A stretch of 64,000 nt of DNA, taken from Candidatus Latescibacterota bacterium (lineage in GTDB: Bacteria; Latescibacterota; UBA2968; UBA8231). This document shows, one piece after another, positions 8,750 through 17,949 of the stretch. Location: assembly GCA_965248265.1 (NCBI GenBank), contig CBDFJF010000002.1, positions 1,600,001 to 1,664,000 on the forward strand. The letters run 5' to 3'. Made by a program: the position numbers and the translations under genes. The notes below the pieces were generated by a model, which ran no database searches, was not told the origin of the DNA, and saw nothing but the letters and a program-made list of their open reading frames with translations. Each line of letters starts with the position of its first letter. Position 1 is the stretch's first letter.

Positions 8750-9270
8750 GGCAAGGGAACGATGAATCCGATCAACAGCTGCCGATGACTGACTCAGAGC
8801 AACCTTTGCCCGGGATCCCGGATGGAGATGTCCACAGGTCTTCCATGTGGGGGCTCGATCCGGACTGGACTCTCCTCTTTATCGGCTGGCTCATTGCCTG
8901 CGCATCGACCCTGGGAAGTCTGTTCTTCAGCCACGTCATGGAATTCGCCCCATGCGTTTTGTGTTGGTACCAGCGGATATGTCTGTTCCCGCTGGTCATC
9001 ATCCTTGCGCGTGGACTCTTTCCGCTCGACCAGGGTGTCGTCAAATACGCCTTGCCATTGACGGCCGTTGGCTGGTTACTGGCAGCCTATCACTGCCTGA
9101 TCTACGCGAAGTTGATCCCGGCCAGCATGCAGCCCTGCGGCAAGGGTGTATCATGCACAGAGGAGTACCTGGAACTGTTCGGGTTCCTGTCGATCCCGTT
9201 GCTTTCCCTGATTTCATTCACCACGCTCATGGTCATCCTGATCATCCTACGGAGGAGAAGTCTCGAATGA
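8746..9270 (+). CDS. dsbB: Disulfide bond formation protein (DsbB/BdbC family)
   Basis: PCVLCWYQR, second Cys pair PCGKGVSC, 4 TM helices; start may be ATG 8785. Confidence 0.85.
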   Translation: MRQGNDESDQQLPMTDSEQPLPGIPDGDVHRSSMWGLDPDWTLLFIGWLIACASTLGSLFFSHVMEFAPCVLCWYQRICLFPLVIILARGLFPLDQGVVKYALPLTAVGWLLAAYHCLIYAKLIPASMQPCGKGVSCTEEYLELFGFLSIPLLSLISFTTLMVILIILRRRSLE

Positions 9271-9917
9271 AGCGCATCCTGTTTGCCGCAACTGGCCTTG
9301 TCCTGATCGCGGGTTTCTTTCTTGGCGCCTCGTACTACAAGACATGGCGGGCAGCAGAACTCGGCTTCATGGCTCAGTGGCAGGCCTCGACCTTCGTTCG
9401 GCCTCATTCGCCCACGCTCGGGAGTGACGACGCCAAGGTCTACATCGTCAAATTCACGGATCCCGCGTGCGAGACTTGTGCGTCTTTTTCGCCGCTCATG
9501 AAGCAGGCTATGGACGCCTTTCCGGGCCAGATCAAACTCGTCATCCGCTATGCCCCCTTCCATCAGGGAGCCGACGTGGCCGTCCGCATCCTGGAAGCGG
9601 CGAGGAGGCAGGGCAAATTCTGGGAAACCCTGGAGTTGCTCTATCGGCGACAGGACACCTGGACTCGGCACCACCGTGTACTGCCTGGTGAAATCTGGCC
9701 GTTGCTGCCCGAGGTGGGCCTCGACGTCGAGCGTGTGAAAATAGATGTGAAGGATCCGAGCATCGCAGCGGTTATCGAGCAGGATCTAGCCGACGCCAAG
9801 TCGTTGGGCGTCCGCAAGACGCCGGGTTTCTTCGTCAACGGCAAACCACTCGAGCCCTTCGGGACCCGGCCCCTGGTGGCATTGATCAAGGCCGAGATCC
9901 AGGACAGGTATCCTTAG
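9267..9917 (+). CDS. dsbA: DsbA/BdbD-family thioredoxin-fold oxidoreductase
   Basis: ATGA overlap with dsbB, GGAGGAG upstream; N-terminal anchor; DPACETC; GVRKTPGFFVNG cis-Pro loop. Confidence 0.85.
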   Translation: MKRILFAATGLVLIAGFFLGASYYKTWRAAELGFMAQWQASTFVRPHSPTLGSDDAKVYIVKFTDPACETCASFSPLMKQAMDAFPGQIKLVIRYAPFHQGADVAVRILEAARRQGKFWETLELLYRRQDTWTRHHRVLPGEIWPLLPEVGLDVERVKIDVKDPSIAAVIEQDLADAKSLGVRKTPGFFVNGKPLEPFGTRPLVALIKAEIQDRYP

Positions 9918-9948
9918 AGCCCGCGCCGGGACCTTCTATACCGGCCGC

Positions 9949-12600
9949 TTATCTTCCCTCATCCCGAATCTTCTGCTCCCGGGCGGCGATGAGCTCGAGG
10001 GCCTGATCCAGGGTAACGTCTTCGGGCTCACGCCCCTTGGGGATCGTGGCGTTGACATTACCATCGGTCACGTAGGGGCCATAGCGGCCACTCTTGACCT
10101 GAATCAGCGCCTCGGACTTCGGGTGTTTGCCGAGTTCAGCAAGCACCTTCCCGGAGCGGCCGCGACCGCGTCCGCTGGGTTGCTTGAGGAGTTCGACAGC
10201 CTCTTCGACCGTGATGGAGGCGAGCTTGCCGTGATCGGCTAGACTGCGGCTCTCATTGCCCATCTTCACATACGGTCCGTAGCGGCCATCCAGGGCGGTG
10301 ATCATCTCTCCTGTGGCCGGGTGAGGACCGAGTTCTCTAGGAAAGCTCAGCAGCATGAGGGCATCCTCCATCGTCACCGACGCCACCGACATGTCCGGCC
10401 ACAGACTGGCCATCTGTGGCTTGCCGCCGCGCTTGACGTTGCCCTTCGGAGTCAACTCCGGATCGCCGCGCTGCACGTAAGGACCGAACCGACCGGTCTT
10501 GACGTAGATCGGTTTGCCCGTTTCGGGATCGTGGCCCAGTTCCTTGTCTCCCTGTTCTGCTTCCTTCAGCAGCTGCAGCGCTCGCTCTACCGTCAACTCG
10601 TCGGGAGCGATATCGTCCGGGACGCTGGCACGCAGGTCCTGATCTCCGATCTGCACGTAGGGTCCGTAGCGGCCCACGCGGCAGACGATCTCCTCGCCTT
10701 CGGCGGTGTGTCCCAGCGGAATGGCACAGATCGCGCGCGGATCAATTTCGTCGGCATGGGAGCCGATGAGATCCTTCAGACCTACCTCGGCGAGGTGGTC
10801 GCCCTCTCCGCCGGGTTTCTTGCCGAAGTAGAAATCGTGCAACCATGGAATCGGGTCCGCCTCGCCCCGGGAGATGGAGTCCAGGCCGTCCTCCATGCGG
10901 GCGGTAAAACCGAAATCCACGAGGTCAGGGAGATGCTTTTCGAGCAGATTGACGACAGCAAAGGCGGTGAAGGTCGGCACCAGAGCCGTACCCTTGTGAC
11001 CCACATAGCCGCGGTCCTGAATAGTCTGGATGATGGTCGCATACGTGGACGGGCGGCCTATCCCACGCTCTTCCAGCTCGCGAATAAGGCCTGCTTCAGT
11101 GTAGCGACCCTTGGGCTGGGTGAAGTGCTGCTGCGACTCGATGCGTTCGGCCGCCACCTCCTGACCCTGTTTCACCGGTGGCAGGACCTTCTCCTGATCG
11201 TCGAGAGCAGCCGCGGGGTCGTCACTCCCCTCCACGTAGGCTCGCAGGAAGCCGGGGAAGGTGATGACCTTGCCGGAAGTGGAGAACACGGCGTCGCCCC
11301 GCTCACCGGCCGGGGCGCTGATGCGGACGTTCGTTCGCATGCCAGTGGCGTCCTTCATCTGCGAAGCGACGGTACGCTTCCAGATCAACTCGTAGACGCG
11401 CAGCTGATCGCCATCCAGCTGGTTGCTGACCTGTTTCGGCGTGCGGAAGCTCTCGCCGGCAGGTCGGATGGCCTCGTGGGCCTCCTGCGCGTTCTTGGAA
11501 CGGCTGCGGTATACCCGCGGCTCGTCCGGTAAATACTCCACGCCATAGAGATCTTTCACCTGCGCCCGGGCGGCGTTGAGGGCCTGCGTCGACAGGGTCG
11601 TCGAGTCGGTCCTCATGTAGGTGATGAAGCCGTTCTCGTACAAGCTCTGGGCAAGGCGCATGGTGCGTTGCGCCGTGAAACGAAGCTTGCGTCCCGCTTC
11701 CTGCTGCAGGGTAGAGGTGATGAAAGGGGCGTAAGGCTTGTTGGTGAACGGTTTCTCTGTCACCTGGGTGACGGTGAAGGTCTGGGCGTCAAGCGTTTCG
11801 GCCAGCTCGGCGACGTCGTCCGCGCGCAGGTGAACGACGGCGTCTGCGTCTTCGAGTTGTCCCGTGGTGTCGACGAAGTGCCTTCCCGCAGCCACCGGCA
11901 GCTCTCCAAGCTCGATCAGGCTGGCGGTCAGGCCCCCGTCCTCCTGGGTCTTGAAGTCGGCCTCCAGGTCCCAGTACTCAGCCTGCACGAAGCGCATGCG
12001 GATGCGCTCGCGCTCGACAACCAGGCGGGTGGCCACCGATTGGACGCGACCGGCGGAGAGCTTGGGTTTGACCTTACGCCACAGTACCGGCGAAACCTCG
12101 TAGCCGTAGAGTCGATCGAGGATGCGCCGCGATTCCTGGGCGCTGACCAGTCGCTGGTCGATGTCCCGTGTCGACTCGAGCGCGGCTTGAATGGCAGGCT
12201 TGGTGATCTCATCGAAGACCATACGACGGACCGGCACCTTGGGTTTGAGCACCTCGACCAGGTGCCAAGAGATGGCCTCTCCCTCGCGGTCTTCGTCGCT
12301 GGCGAGGTAGAGGGCGTCGGCTCCCTTGAGGAGTTTGCGGAGTTTCGTGATCTGCGCCTGCTTCCCGGATGGGACAACGTAGAGCGGAGTAAAGCCGTCG
12401 TCGACGTTCACCCCGAGACGAGCCCAGGGCTTGTTGCTGGCGGCGGCGGGGATCTCGCCCGCCCTGGAGGGCAGATCGCGAATGTGCCCGATCGAGGACT
12501 CGACGACGTAGCCCTTTCCAAGGTAGCTCTCGATCGTACGGGCTTTGGCCGGGGATTCAACGATTACTAATGAGTAGTTCTTGTCGGCGGTCTTAGCCAT
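9949..12600 (-). CDS. topA: DNA topoisomerase I
   Basis: IVESPAKARTI, ASDEDREGE, SAGRVQS, ITYMRTDS (active Tyr), QEAHEAIRP; Cys-free C-terminal GRYGPYV repeats. Confidence 0.98.
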   Translation of the reverse strand: MAKTADKNYSLVIVESPAKARTIESYLGKGYVVESSIGHIRDLPSRAGEIPAAASNKPWARLGVNVDDGFTPLYVVPSGKQAQITKLRKLLKGADALYLASDEDREGEAISWHLVEVLKPKVPVRRMVFDEITKPAIQAALESTRDIDQRLVSAQESRRILDRLYGYEVSPVLWRKVKPKLSAGRVQSVATRLVVERERIRMRFVQAEYWDLEADFKTQEDGGLTASLIELGELPVAAGRHFVDTTGQLEDADAVVHLRADDVAELAETLDAQTFTVTQVTEKPFTNKPYAPFITSTLQQEAGRKLRFTAQRTMRLAQSLYENGFITYMRTDSTTLSTQALNAARAQVKDLYGVEYLPDEPRVYRSRSKNAQEAHEAIRPAGESFRTPKQVSNQLDGDQLRVYELIWKRTVASQMKDATGMRTNVRISAPAGERGDAVFSTSGKVITFPGFLRAYVEGSDDPAAALDDQEKVLPPVKQGQEVAAERIESQQHFTQPKGRYTEAGLIRELEERGIGRPSTYATIIQTIQDRGYVGHKGTALVPTFTAFAVVNLLEKHLPDLVDFGFTARMEDGLDSISRGEADPIPWLHDFYFGKKPGGEGDHLAEVGLKDLIGSHADEIDPRAICAIPLGHTAEGEEIVCRVGRYGPYVQIGDQDLRASVPDDIAPDELTVERALQLLKEAEQGDKELGHDPETGKPIYVKTGRFGPYVQRGDPELTPKGNVKRGGKPQMASLWPDMSVASVTMEDALMLLSFPRELGPHPATGEMITALDGRYGPYVKMGNESRSLADHGKLASITVEEAVELLKQPSGRGRGRSGKVLAELGKHPKSEALIQVKSGRYGPYVTDGNVNATIPKGREPEDVTLDQALELIAAREQKIRDEGR

Positions 12601-12638
12601 GTATCAATTGCCTTCAGCTTGATTATGGGCGACGCAAC

Positions 12639-13655
12639 TCAGACACGCTGGCTGTTGTTCGCTGCCCTGATGATTCCGGCCATGAACCCGACGGCAAAGG
12701 CGTACCCCTGGAACTGCGGGCCGGTATCATTGATGGTGCGGGGCAAGTGGGCTACCGCCAGGAAGGAGTCCACTCCGACTTCATTGAAGGTGCGGACGAC
12801 GTCGAAGAAGTCGCAGTCGGCCTCGTCGAGAAAACACTCGTTGAATCGGGGCACCGTTCCCTGGACCCCTTGAGCGTGGCCGTATAGGATCTGGTCGCGC
12901 TCGCCGAACTGCCGGATCGAAGCCGGGATATCGGTCCCCATGGCGGTCCAGTTACCCAGACACAGATTCACCGCACTCGCCGGGCTGTCAGCCAGGTCCA
13001 GGGCGCGCTGGAATCCCTCCGGGTTGTGGAAGATTCGCGCCACTCCACCGACGCTCGGAGTCGGCGGATCGTCGGGGTGAAGCCCCATGCGCACGCCGGA
13101 TTCCTCGAGGACCGGCACCACGGCGCGCACGAAGTATTCGTAGTTCTCCCACATCTCCTCGGCGCCGTACTCCCGGTCGCGAAACAGGGGGGCCTTGTCT
13201 ACGTCCGCCATGTCGAGGAGGTCGCTCTGCGCACCACCTCTGGACGGATAGCTCGTGGAGGTTCGTGTGGAAAACCGCTGCACTCCCGGGCCGACCATCC
13301 AGTTGTATCCGTAATAGGGAATGCCGGCGCGCCCCATGTTGCGAATGGTCGTGAACAGATTCTCCAGCTGCTGTTCCCGTCCCGGCAGACCCAGCATTAC
13401 GTGATCGAAACACCAGCTCGGGTGGGGATTTTCCATGCTGGCCAACCTCATGCCAAATGCTTCAACGCGCTCGCGCAGCTGCAACAATTCGGAGTAGTCC
13501 CAGTAACACCCCGTCTGATCCTCGACGTCCGGCGGAAACTTGCTTTTGAAGTCGTGAATGCTGTTAAACCCGCCGACTATGTCGGTAACCCCGTACTGCT
13601 GTAGGAATTGGAGAAAATCGTCGCCGACGTCACTTATGATGACTCCCACTCGCAT
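12639..13655 (-). CDS. Mannonate dehydratase (UxuA)-like protein
   Basis: IRNMGRAGIP..GYNWM, LHPDDPP, NLCLG, F.ECFLDE. Confidence 0.8.
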   Translation of the reverse strand: MRVGVIISDVGDDFLQFLQQYGVTDIVGGFNSIHDFKSKFPPDVEDQTGCYWDYSELLQLRERVEAFGMRLASMENPHPSWCFDHVMLGLPGREQQLENLFTTIRNMGRAGIPYYGYNWMVGPGVQRFSTRTSTSYPSRGGAQSDLLDMADVDKAPLFRDREYGAEEMWENYEYFVRAVVPVLEESGVRMGLHPDDPPTPSVGGVARIFHNPEGFQRALDLADSPASAVNLCLGNWTAMGTDIPASIRQFGERDQILYGHAQGVQGTVPRFNECFLDEADCDFFDVVRTFNEVGVDSFLAVAHLPRTINDTGPQFQGYAFAVGFMAGIIRAANNSQRV

Positions 13656-13853
13656 GGTTTATTGTCCCTTCGTTCGTGAAAACGCCCTGCCAAGGCTCAG
13701 CGGCGAAGTAGCATCTATATTCTCCGTGAACGGATTCCCGCGACAGCGGGTTCAGATCTGGGGTCTGCAAACAGTAGCCAACCACCACAGTCCGGGCAAA
13801 AGGCAGACAATCGCAGGGCCTCGTGTAAGGGAACTGCGCATAAGAGGATTACC

Positions 13854-14720
13854 ATGACGACCAGACCAATCAAACCCGGCGAGCAGTTCAGCGAGGCAAG
13901 AACCCGGGAAATCGTCGAACAGTTGCATCGTGATGGTTTCGTGCACATTCCCGGGGTGCTGACAGCGGACGAGGTTTCCGTCTTGCGCGACAAAACCGAC
14001 GAGCTATTTGCCGATCCTGTCCTTGCCGAACGAGTGAATCTCGAGCTCGCCGACAGGAGATACATCGAGCTGAGGGAACATGAGGAATCGGGGGAGAAAC
14101 TCCCGCTCCTTTTGAGAAATACGATCGAGCTCGATCCGATCTTCAGGGATATGCTGCTGCGGGAGCCGATCTTCGGCCTGGCTGAAGCGGTGGTGGGAGA
14201 AGACTGTAAGTTCTGCGGTCAAAATGTCATCCGGAATCTTCCGGGAGTGACTATTAACCGATGGCACGTTGATGGGCCGGTTCATTTTCCATTGCCGGAG
14301 AACGTCCCACGGCACGATCCGCGGATTCGGATGCCAGTCTTGTGGCTGACTGTCCAGATCGCGCTGTCTGACACCCCGTCAATCGAGTACGGCCCGACAC
14401 AGTACGTCCCTGGTAGTCATTGTGCCGGGCGTGTGCCCAACGATCCGGACCACCCGGAGTTCGAGGGGCGAGGGCCCACTTCAGTTTTCTGCAAAGCAGG
14501 CGACATCTATTTGCACGACCCCCAGTGCTGGCACCGGGGCGCTCCAAACCGATCCGACCGTACTCGCTATCTCATGCAAACGGAGTATGCAGCCCCGTGG
14601 GCATGGTGGCGGTTCAACCTGTCCAATCGTGTTCCCGTCCCCGACAAGGCGCTCGAGACCGCGAGTGAACGGCTGCTGCGCGTATTGGGTCTGAATCGCG
14701 CGAACGACAAGGAGAGGTGA
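13854..14720 (+). CDS. Phytanoyl-CoA dioxygenase (PhyH) family Fe(II)/2OG enzyme
   Basis: WHVD, GPTQYVPGSH, WHRGAPNRS..TR. Confidence 0.9.
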   Translation: MTTRPIKPGEQFSEARTREIVEQLHRDGFVHIPGVLTADEVSVLRDKTDELFADPVLAERVNLELADRRYIELREHEESGEKLPLLLRNTIELDPIFRDMLLREPIFGLAEAVVGEDCKFCGQNVIRNLPGVTINRWHVDGPVHFPLPENVPRHDPRIRMPVLWLTVQIALSDTPSIEYGPTQYVPGSHCAGRVPNDPDHPEFEGRGPTSVFCKAGDIYLHDPQCWHRGAPNRSDRTRYLMQTEYAAPWAWWRFNLSNRVPVPDKALETASERLLRVLGLNRANDKER

Positions 14721-14758
14721 GAGTCAAGCTGGAAACTGAGCGCCGAGGCAGCGTTGCT

Positions 14759-15559
14759 CTATCCGGGAGACCCCACCTCGGTCGATCGTGAGTGCTCAGG
14801 GAAATCCGCTTCGTAGCGCTTGAGCAACGCCGGGATATCCGAGGCTGTCACGTAGATCCTTCCGCGCAGTCGCTTGGTCTGGGCGGGCTGAAGATCGTCG
14901 ATCCTGAAGTCCGAGTGCAGACAGGCGATGATCCCCTGGAACAGATTCTGGTAGGGTTGCCAGGCGGCCGCCATCACCAGCTTCTCATCCTTGGAGAAAC
15001 ACCCGATCAGTCCGTTGCTGGGGACCAGGTCGCTCAACGGGTGCGGCTCGACATCGCGGCGATCGACGTGCGCCGGACACCACACCTGGCCGGGCATCTC
15101 GATCGCCTCCACGGCCCAGGGCTCGACGGGTAGCCGGCGCAACTCGCCATCCAGGAATATGAAGCACTTTGGCAGGTAGGAGTGCTTGTCGGCACCCGTG
15201 AAGGCATCGACGATGATGCATGGCGCGCCCCAGGCCACGTCCGACGGCTGCTCGCCGTGATTGGTCGCGGTCACGTCGAATTCGACGACATCGCCATTTA
15301 CCGTGATCCGGTGCTCGACGACGACCCCGTCTTCCAGTTCGCAACGCAGTTCCAGCCACCGGCCGTCGGGATCGGCAGCCACCAGAGCCGTCGTGTGGCG
15401 GGTGACCGCTTCGGGGAAACTGGCATGTGAGCCGGGGCGCATGTAGAGCTCTACATACCACACGCGGATGCAGCCCGGCAGACCGTCACCGTTGATGACG
15501 ACGTGGCCGATGCGCTCTCCCGGAGTCCAGGACAGGTGAAGGGTATGTTCGTTCGTCAT
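14759..15559 (-). CDS. Conserved hypothetical protein
   Basis: Good coding bias; ELYMRPGS, PGQVWCP, SNGLIGCFS, LFQG..ACLHSDFR; start may be 15571. Confidence 0.7.
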   Translation of the reverse strand: MTNEHTLHLSWTPGERIGHVVINGDGLPGCIRVWYVELYMRPGSHASFPEAVTRHTTALVAADPDGRWLELRCELEDGVVVEHRITVNGDVVEFDVTATNHGEQPSDVAWGAPCIIVDAFTGADKHSYLPKCFIFLDGELRRLPVEPWAVEAIEMPGQVWCPAHVDRRDVEPHPLSDLVPSNGLIGCFSKDEKLVMAAAWQPYQNLFQGIIACLHSDFRIDDLQPAQTKRLRGRIYVTASDIPALLKRYEADFPEHSRSTEVGSPG

Positions 15560-16112
15560 TGTGCTGACCATTCCATGTCGATTCCGGCAAGATAGCAGGA
15601 TCTACGCCTGTTGCACAGGTCGTGGGACGGGACGAACTCGCCGTCCCGGGCAAAGCGGATCTTGCTGAGCCTTGAGTACGACTGCCGCACATTGGTGCCG
15701 CGACAGACACTTCCCCGGTTTCATGCTGTCGCACTGTGACGGACGGTGATTGGTGCCATGCGAGCCTGCGGCTTGCCTTCGCCAAACGCCGTCCGGCGAA
15801 GCCCAGAGCCCGCCAGATTGGCCGTCTTCGATCAACACTGCCGGAAGCGCCGTGCGACTCGCCCTCCGCACAGCACGAATATCGTCTGAAAAAATTGCCC
15901 GCAGTGACAATCGCGTCTCACCACCAGGCCGTTGTATCAAAACCATTCTCAGACAGAAGGGTATTTGCGATGGCAATCACGAACGGATGCCCACGCGTTG
16001 ACAGTACTTTAGTAAAGTGTGCTAACCAATGTTGCCAACTCAAAGCGCGGCACAATCGGACTATTGTGTTCAACCTGTTGCAGTCGAAACAGTTACGGAC
16101 ACTACGAAAAAG

Positions 16113-16128
16113 GGGCACAGAGCTTGCT
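16113..16128 (+). promoter_or_regulatory. Sigma54 (-24/-12) promoter
   Basis: GGGCAC-agagc-TTGCT, exact GG-N10-GC spacing, about 90 nt before the kinase start. Confidence 0.65.
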
Positions 16129-16219
16129 ATCTCCGTGGTGAACACCTACTCCTTCGACGGAACGGCAGTCTCGGACAAAAGCTGCCCCCTGAAGCAGCCA
16201 TCATAATTAGGAGCACGAC

Positions 16220-17884
16220 TTGCTGCGTCAATCCATCAGGACAAAACTGATCGCCAGTATCGGGATCCTTGTAATCTCAATCGTCTCTTTCGGACTGATC
16301 TACTTTCCGGACCGGCTCCGCGAGCAGGCAGACGAATCGTTCGACCATGAGCTGGAGATCTTGTGCAAAGCGCTGGCTCTCGGGATCGGAGTCGGCCTCG
16401 AACACAACGATTTCGAAAGCATTCAGAAAGCCATCGATTTCGCCAAAGAGGACAAGGGCGTCCAGATGATCCGTGTTCTCGATATTGATCAACAGGTGAT
16501 CGCCGCTTTCCCGGAGACGGCATCAGATGAGTTTGCCGGTCTCAGCGTGGGTCTGACGAGAACCTCTGATTCAGTCGCGTTCTGCTCGCCCTTCTACACG
16601 GGCGAAGAGCAGTACGGGTATGTGGTTATCATCAAGTCACGTCACAGAATCGAACAAGCTGTCAATCTGGGGAGGAGTCGGTTCCTCGCGGTCGGAGTCT
16701 GCATCCTTCTGCTGTGCACGGTTGTGGTTTTCTTCATTTCAACGATGGTCTCCAAACCAGTCAACGAGCTCATTGACGCAACGGCCAAGTTCTCCAGAGG
16801 GGACTACGAGGCTCGAGTCAAAGTCTCTTCGCTGGACGAAGTCGGGATTCTTGCGGAGAGCTTCAACGAGATGGCCGAAACCATTGACGGTGCGTTGACC
16901 GAGATCGGACTGCAGCGCAATGAGGCAGCCAACACCGCCGAGCAACTGGAGAAGGAACTCGTTCGGCGCAAGCAGACGGAGGCGGATCTCCAGAGCGCTC
17001 AGGAAGACCTGGAAGACCGTGTGCAAGCGCGAACAGCGGAACTCACCGAGTCCTACGATCATTTACGCCAGGAAGTCTCGGAGAGGGAGCGGGCAGAGAA
17101 GGAACTGGAGGAACAGCGCGTCCTGTCCGTGCGCTCTGATCGCTTGCGATCTCTGGGTGAAATGGCAGCCGGAATCGCGCATGAGCTGAATCAGCCTCTG
17201 GTTGCGGTTCGGGGTATGATGGAGCACCTCCTGATCGCCCAGGAAAAGGGCTGGGACTTCAGTCGTGACAGACTCCGAGACAAGCTGGTTCAGGTCGTGG
17301 ACCAGGCGGATCGAATGGCGCATATCGTCAACCACGTGCGCCTTTTCGCCAGAGAGGCGGGCAAACCCGAACTCGGGAACGTGGACATCAACGAGGTCGT
17401 CACATCGAGTATCGACATGCTTCGAGCCCAGTTCAATTCACACGGCGTCGTTCTCGATGTCCAGCAGGAAACCGATGTCTCCAATGTTCTCGCGAACGCG
17501 TTTTCTCTCGAGGAAGTCTTACTGAATCTTCTAAGCAACGCCCGTCACGCTGTGGAAGGAAGCTCCAATGGCAGCGTGGGTACCGTTCGAGTAAAGACGA
17601 AGTCAGCGAACAGGCAGTTGGGAGGGGTGGGGGTCATGATCGAGGTGTCGGACAACGGGACCGGGATTCCGGAGGAGATCCTCGAGAAAGTGTTCGATCC
17701 GTTTTTCACCACGAAGGGCCCGGATGAAGGAACAGGTCTTGGGCTCTCGGTTTCGAAGAGTATCGTCGAGACCTTCGACGGACGACTGCAGATCGAGTCC
17801 ACGCCAGGGGAAGGAACGGTCGTCTCGGTTTACCTGCCAGTGACCGAAGCGACCACGGGCGCAGAAGTAGTGGATCCCACTTGA
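16220..17884 (+). CDS. Membrane sensor histidine kinase (HAMP, coiled coil, NtrB-type HisKA/HATPase)
   Basis: AGGAG + TTG; 2 TM; HAMP DEVGILAESFNEM; GIAHELNQPL; NLLSNA; DNGTGI; FDPFFTTK; GTGLGL. Confidence 0.93.
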   Translation: MLRQSIRTKLIASIGILVISIVSFGLIYFPDRLREQADESFDHELEILCKALALGIGVGLEHNDFESIQKAIDFAKEDKGVQMIRVLDIDQQVIAAFPETASDEFAGLSVGLTRTSDSVAFCSPFYTGEEQYGYVVIIKSRHRIEQAVNLGRSRFLAVGVCILLLCTVVVFFISTMVSKPVNELIDATAKFSRGDYEARVKVSSLDEVGILAESFNEMAETIDGALTEIGLQRNEAANTAEQLEKELVRRKQTEADLQSAQEDLEDRVQARTAELTESYDHLRQEVSERERAEKELEEQRVLSVRSDRLRSLGEMAAGIAHELNQPLVAVRGMMEHLLIAQEKGWDFSRDRLRDKLVQVVDQADRMAHIVNHVRLFAREAGKPELGNVDINEVVTSSIDMLRAQFNSHGVVLDVQQETDVSNVLANAFSLEEVLLNLLSNARHAVEGSSNGSVGTVRVKTKSANRQLGGVGVMIEVSDNGTGIPEEILEKVFDPFFTTKGPDEGTGLGLSVSKSIVETFDGRLQIESTPGEGTVVSVYLPVTEATTGAEVVDPT

Positions 17885-17949
17885 TTCCCGGCAAGTCACA
17901 ATACCTGGATGGTCAGGCCTTTCTGACCTATCTGTGTCAGGGGTATGTG

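Noticed and set aside
8847-9266. N-terminal extension of the DsbA ORF (356-aa call)
   Set aside because: Overlaps dsbB out of frame; ATG 9267 has an RBS and an ATGA overlap.
10321-12570. Long plus-strand ORFs (403 and 300 aa) inside topA; similar ones at 20157, 31340 and 61848
   Set aside because: Antisense shadows expected in high-GC coding DNA; no motifs or RBS.
15602-16206. ORFs of 124-156 aa in the large intergenic region
   Set aside because: No coding-like composition or RBS; better explained as regulatory DNA.
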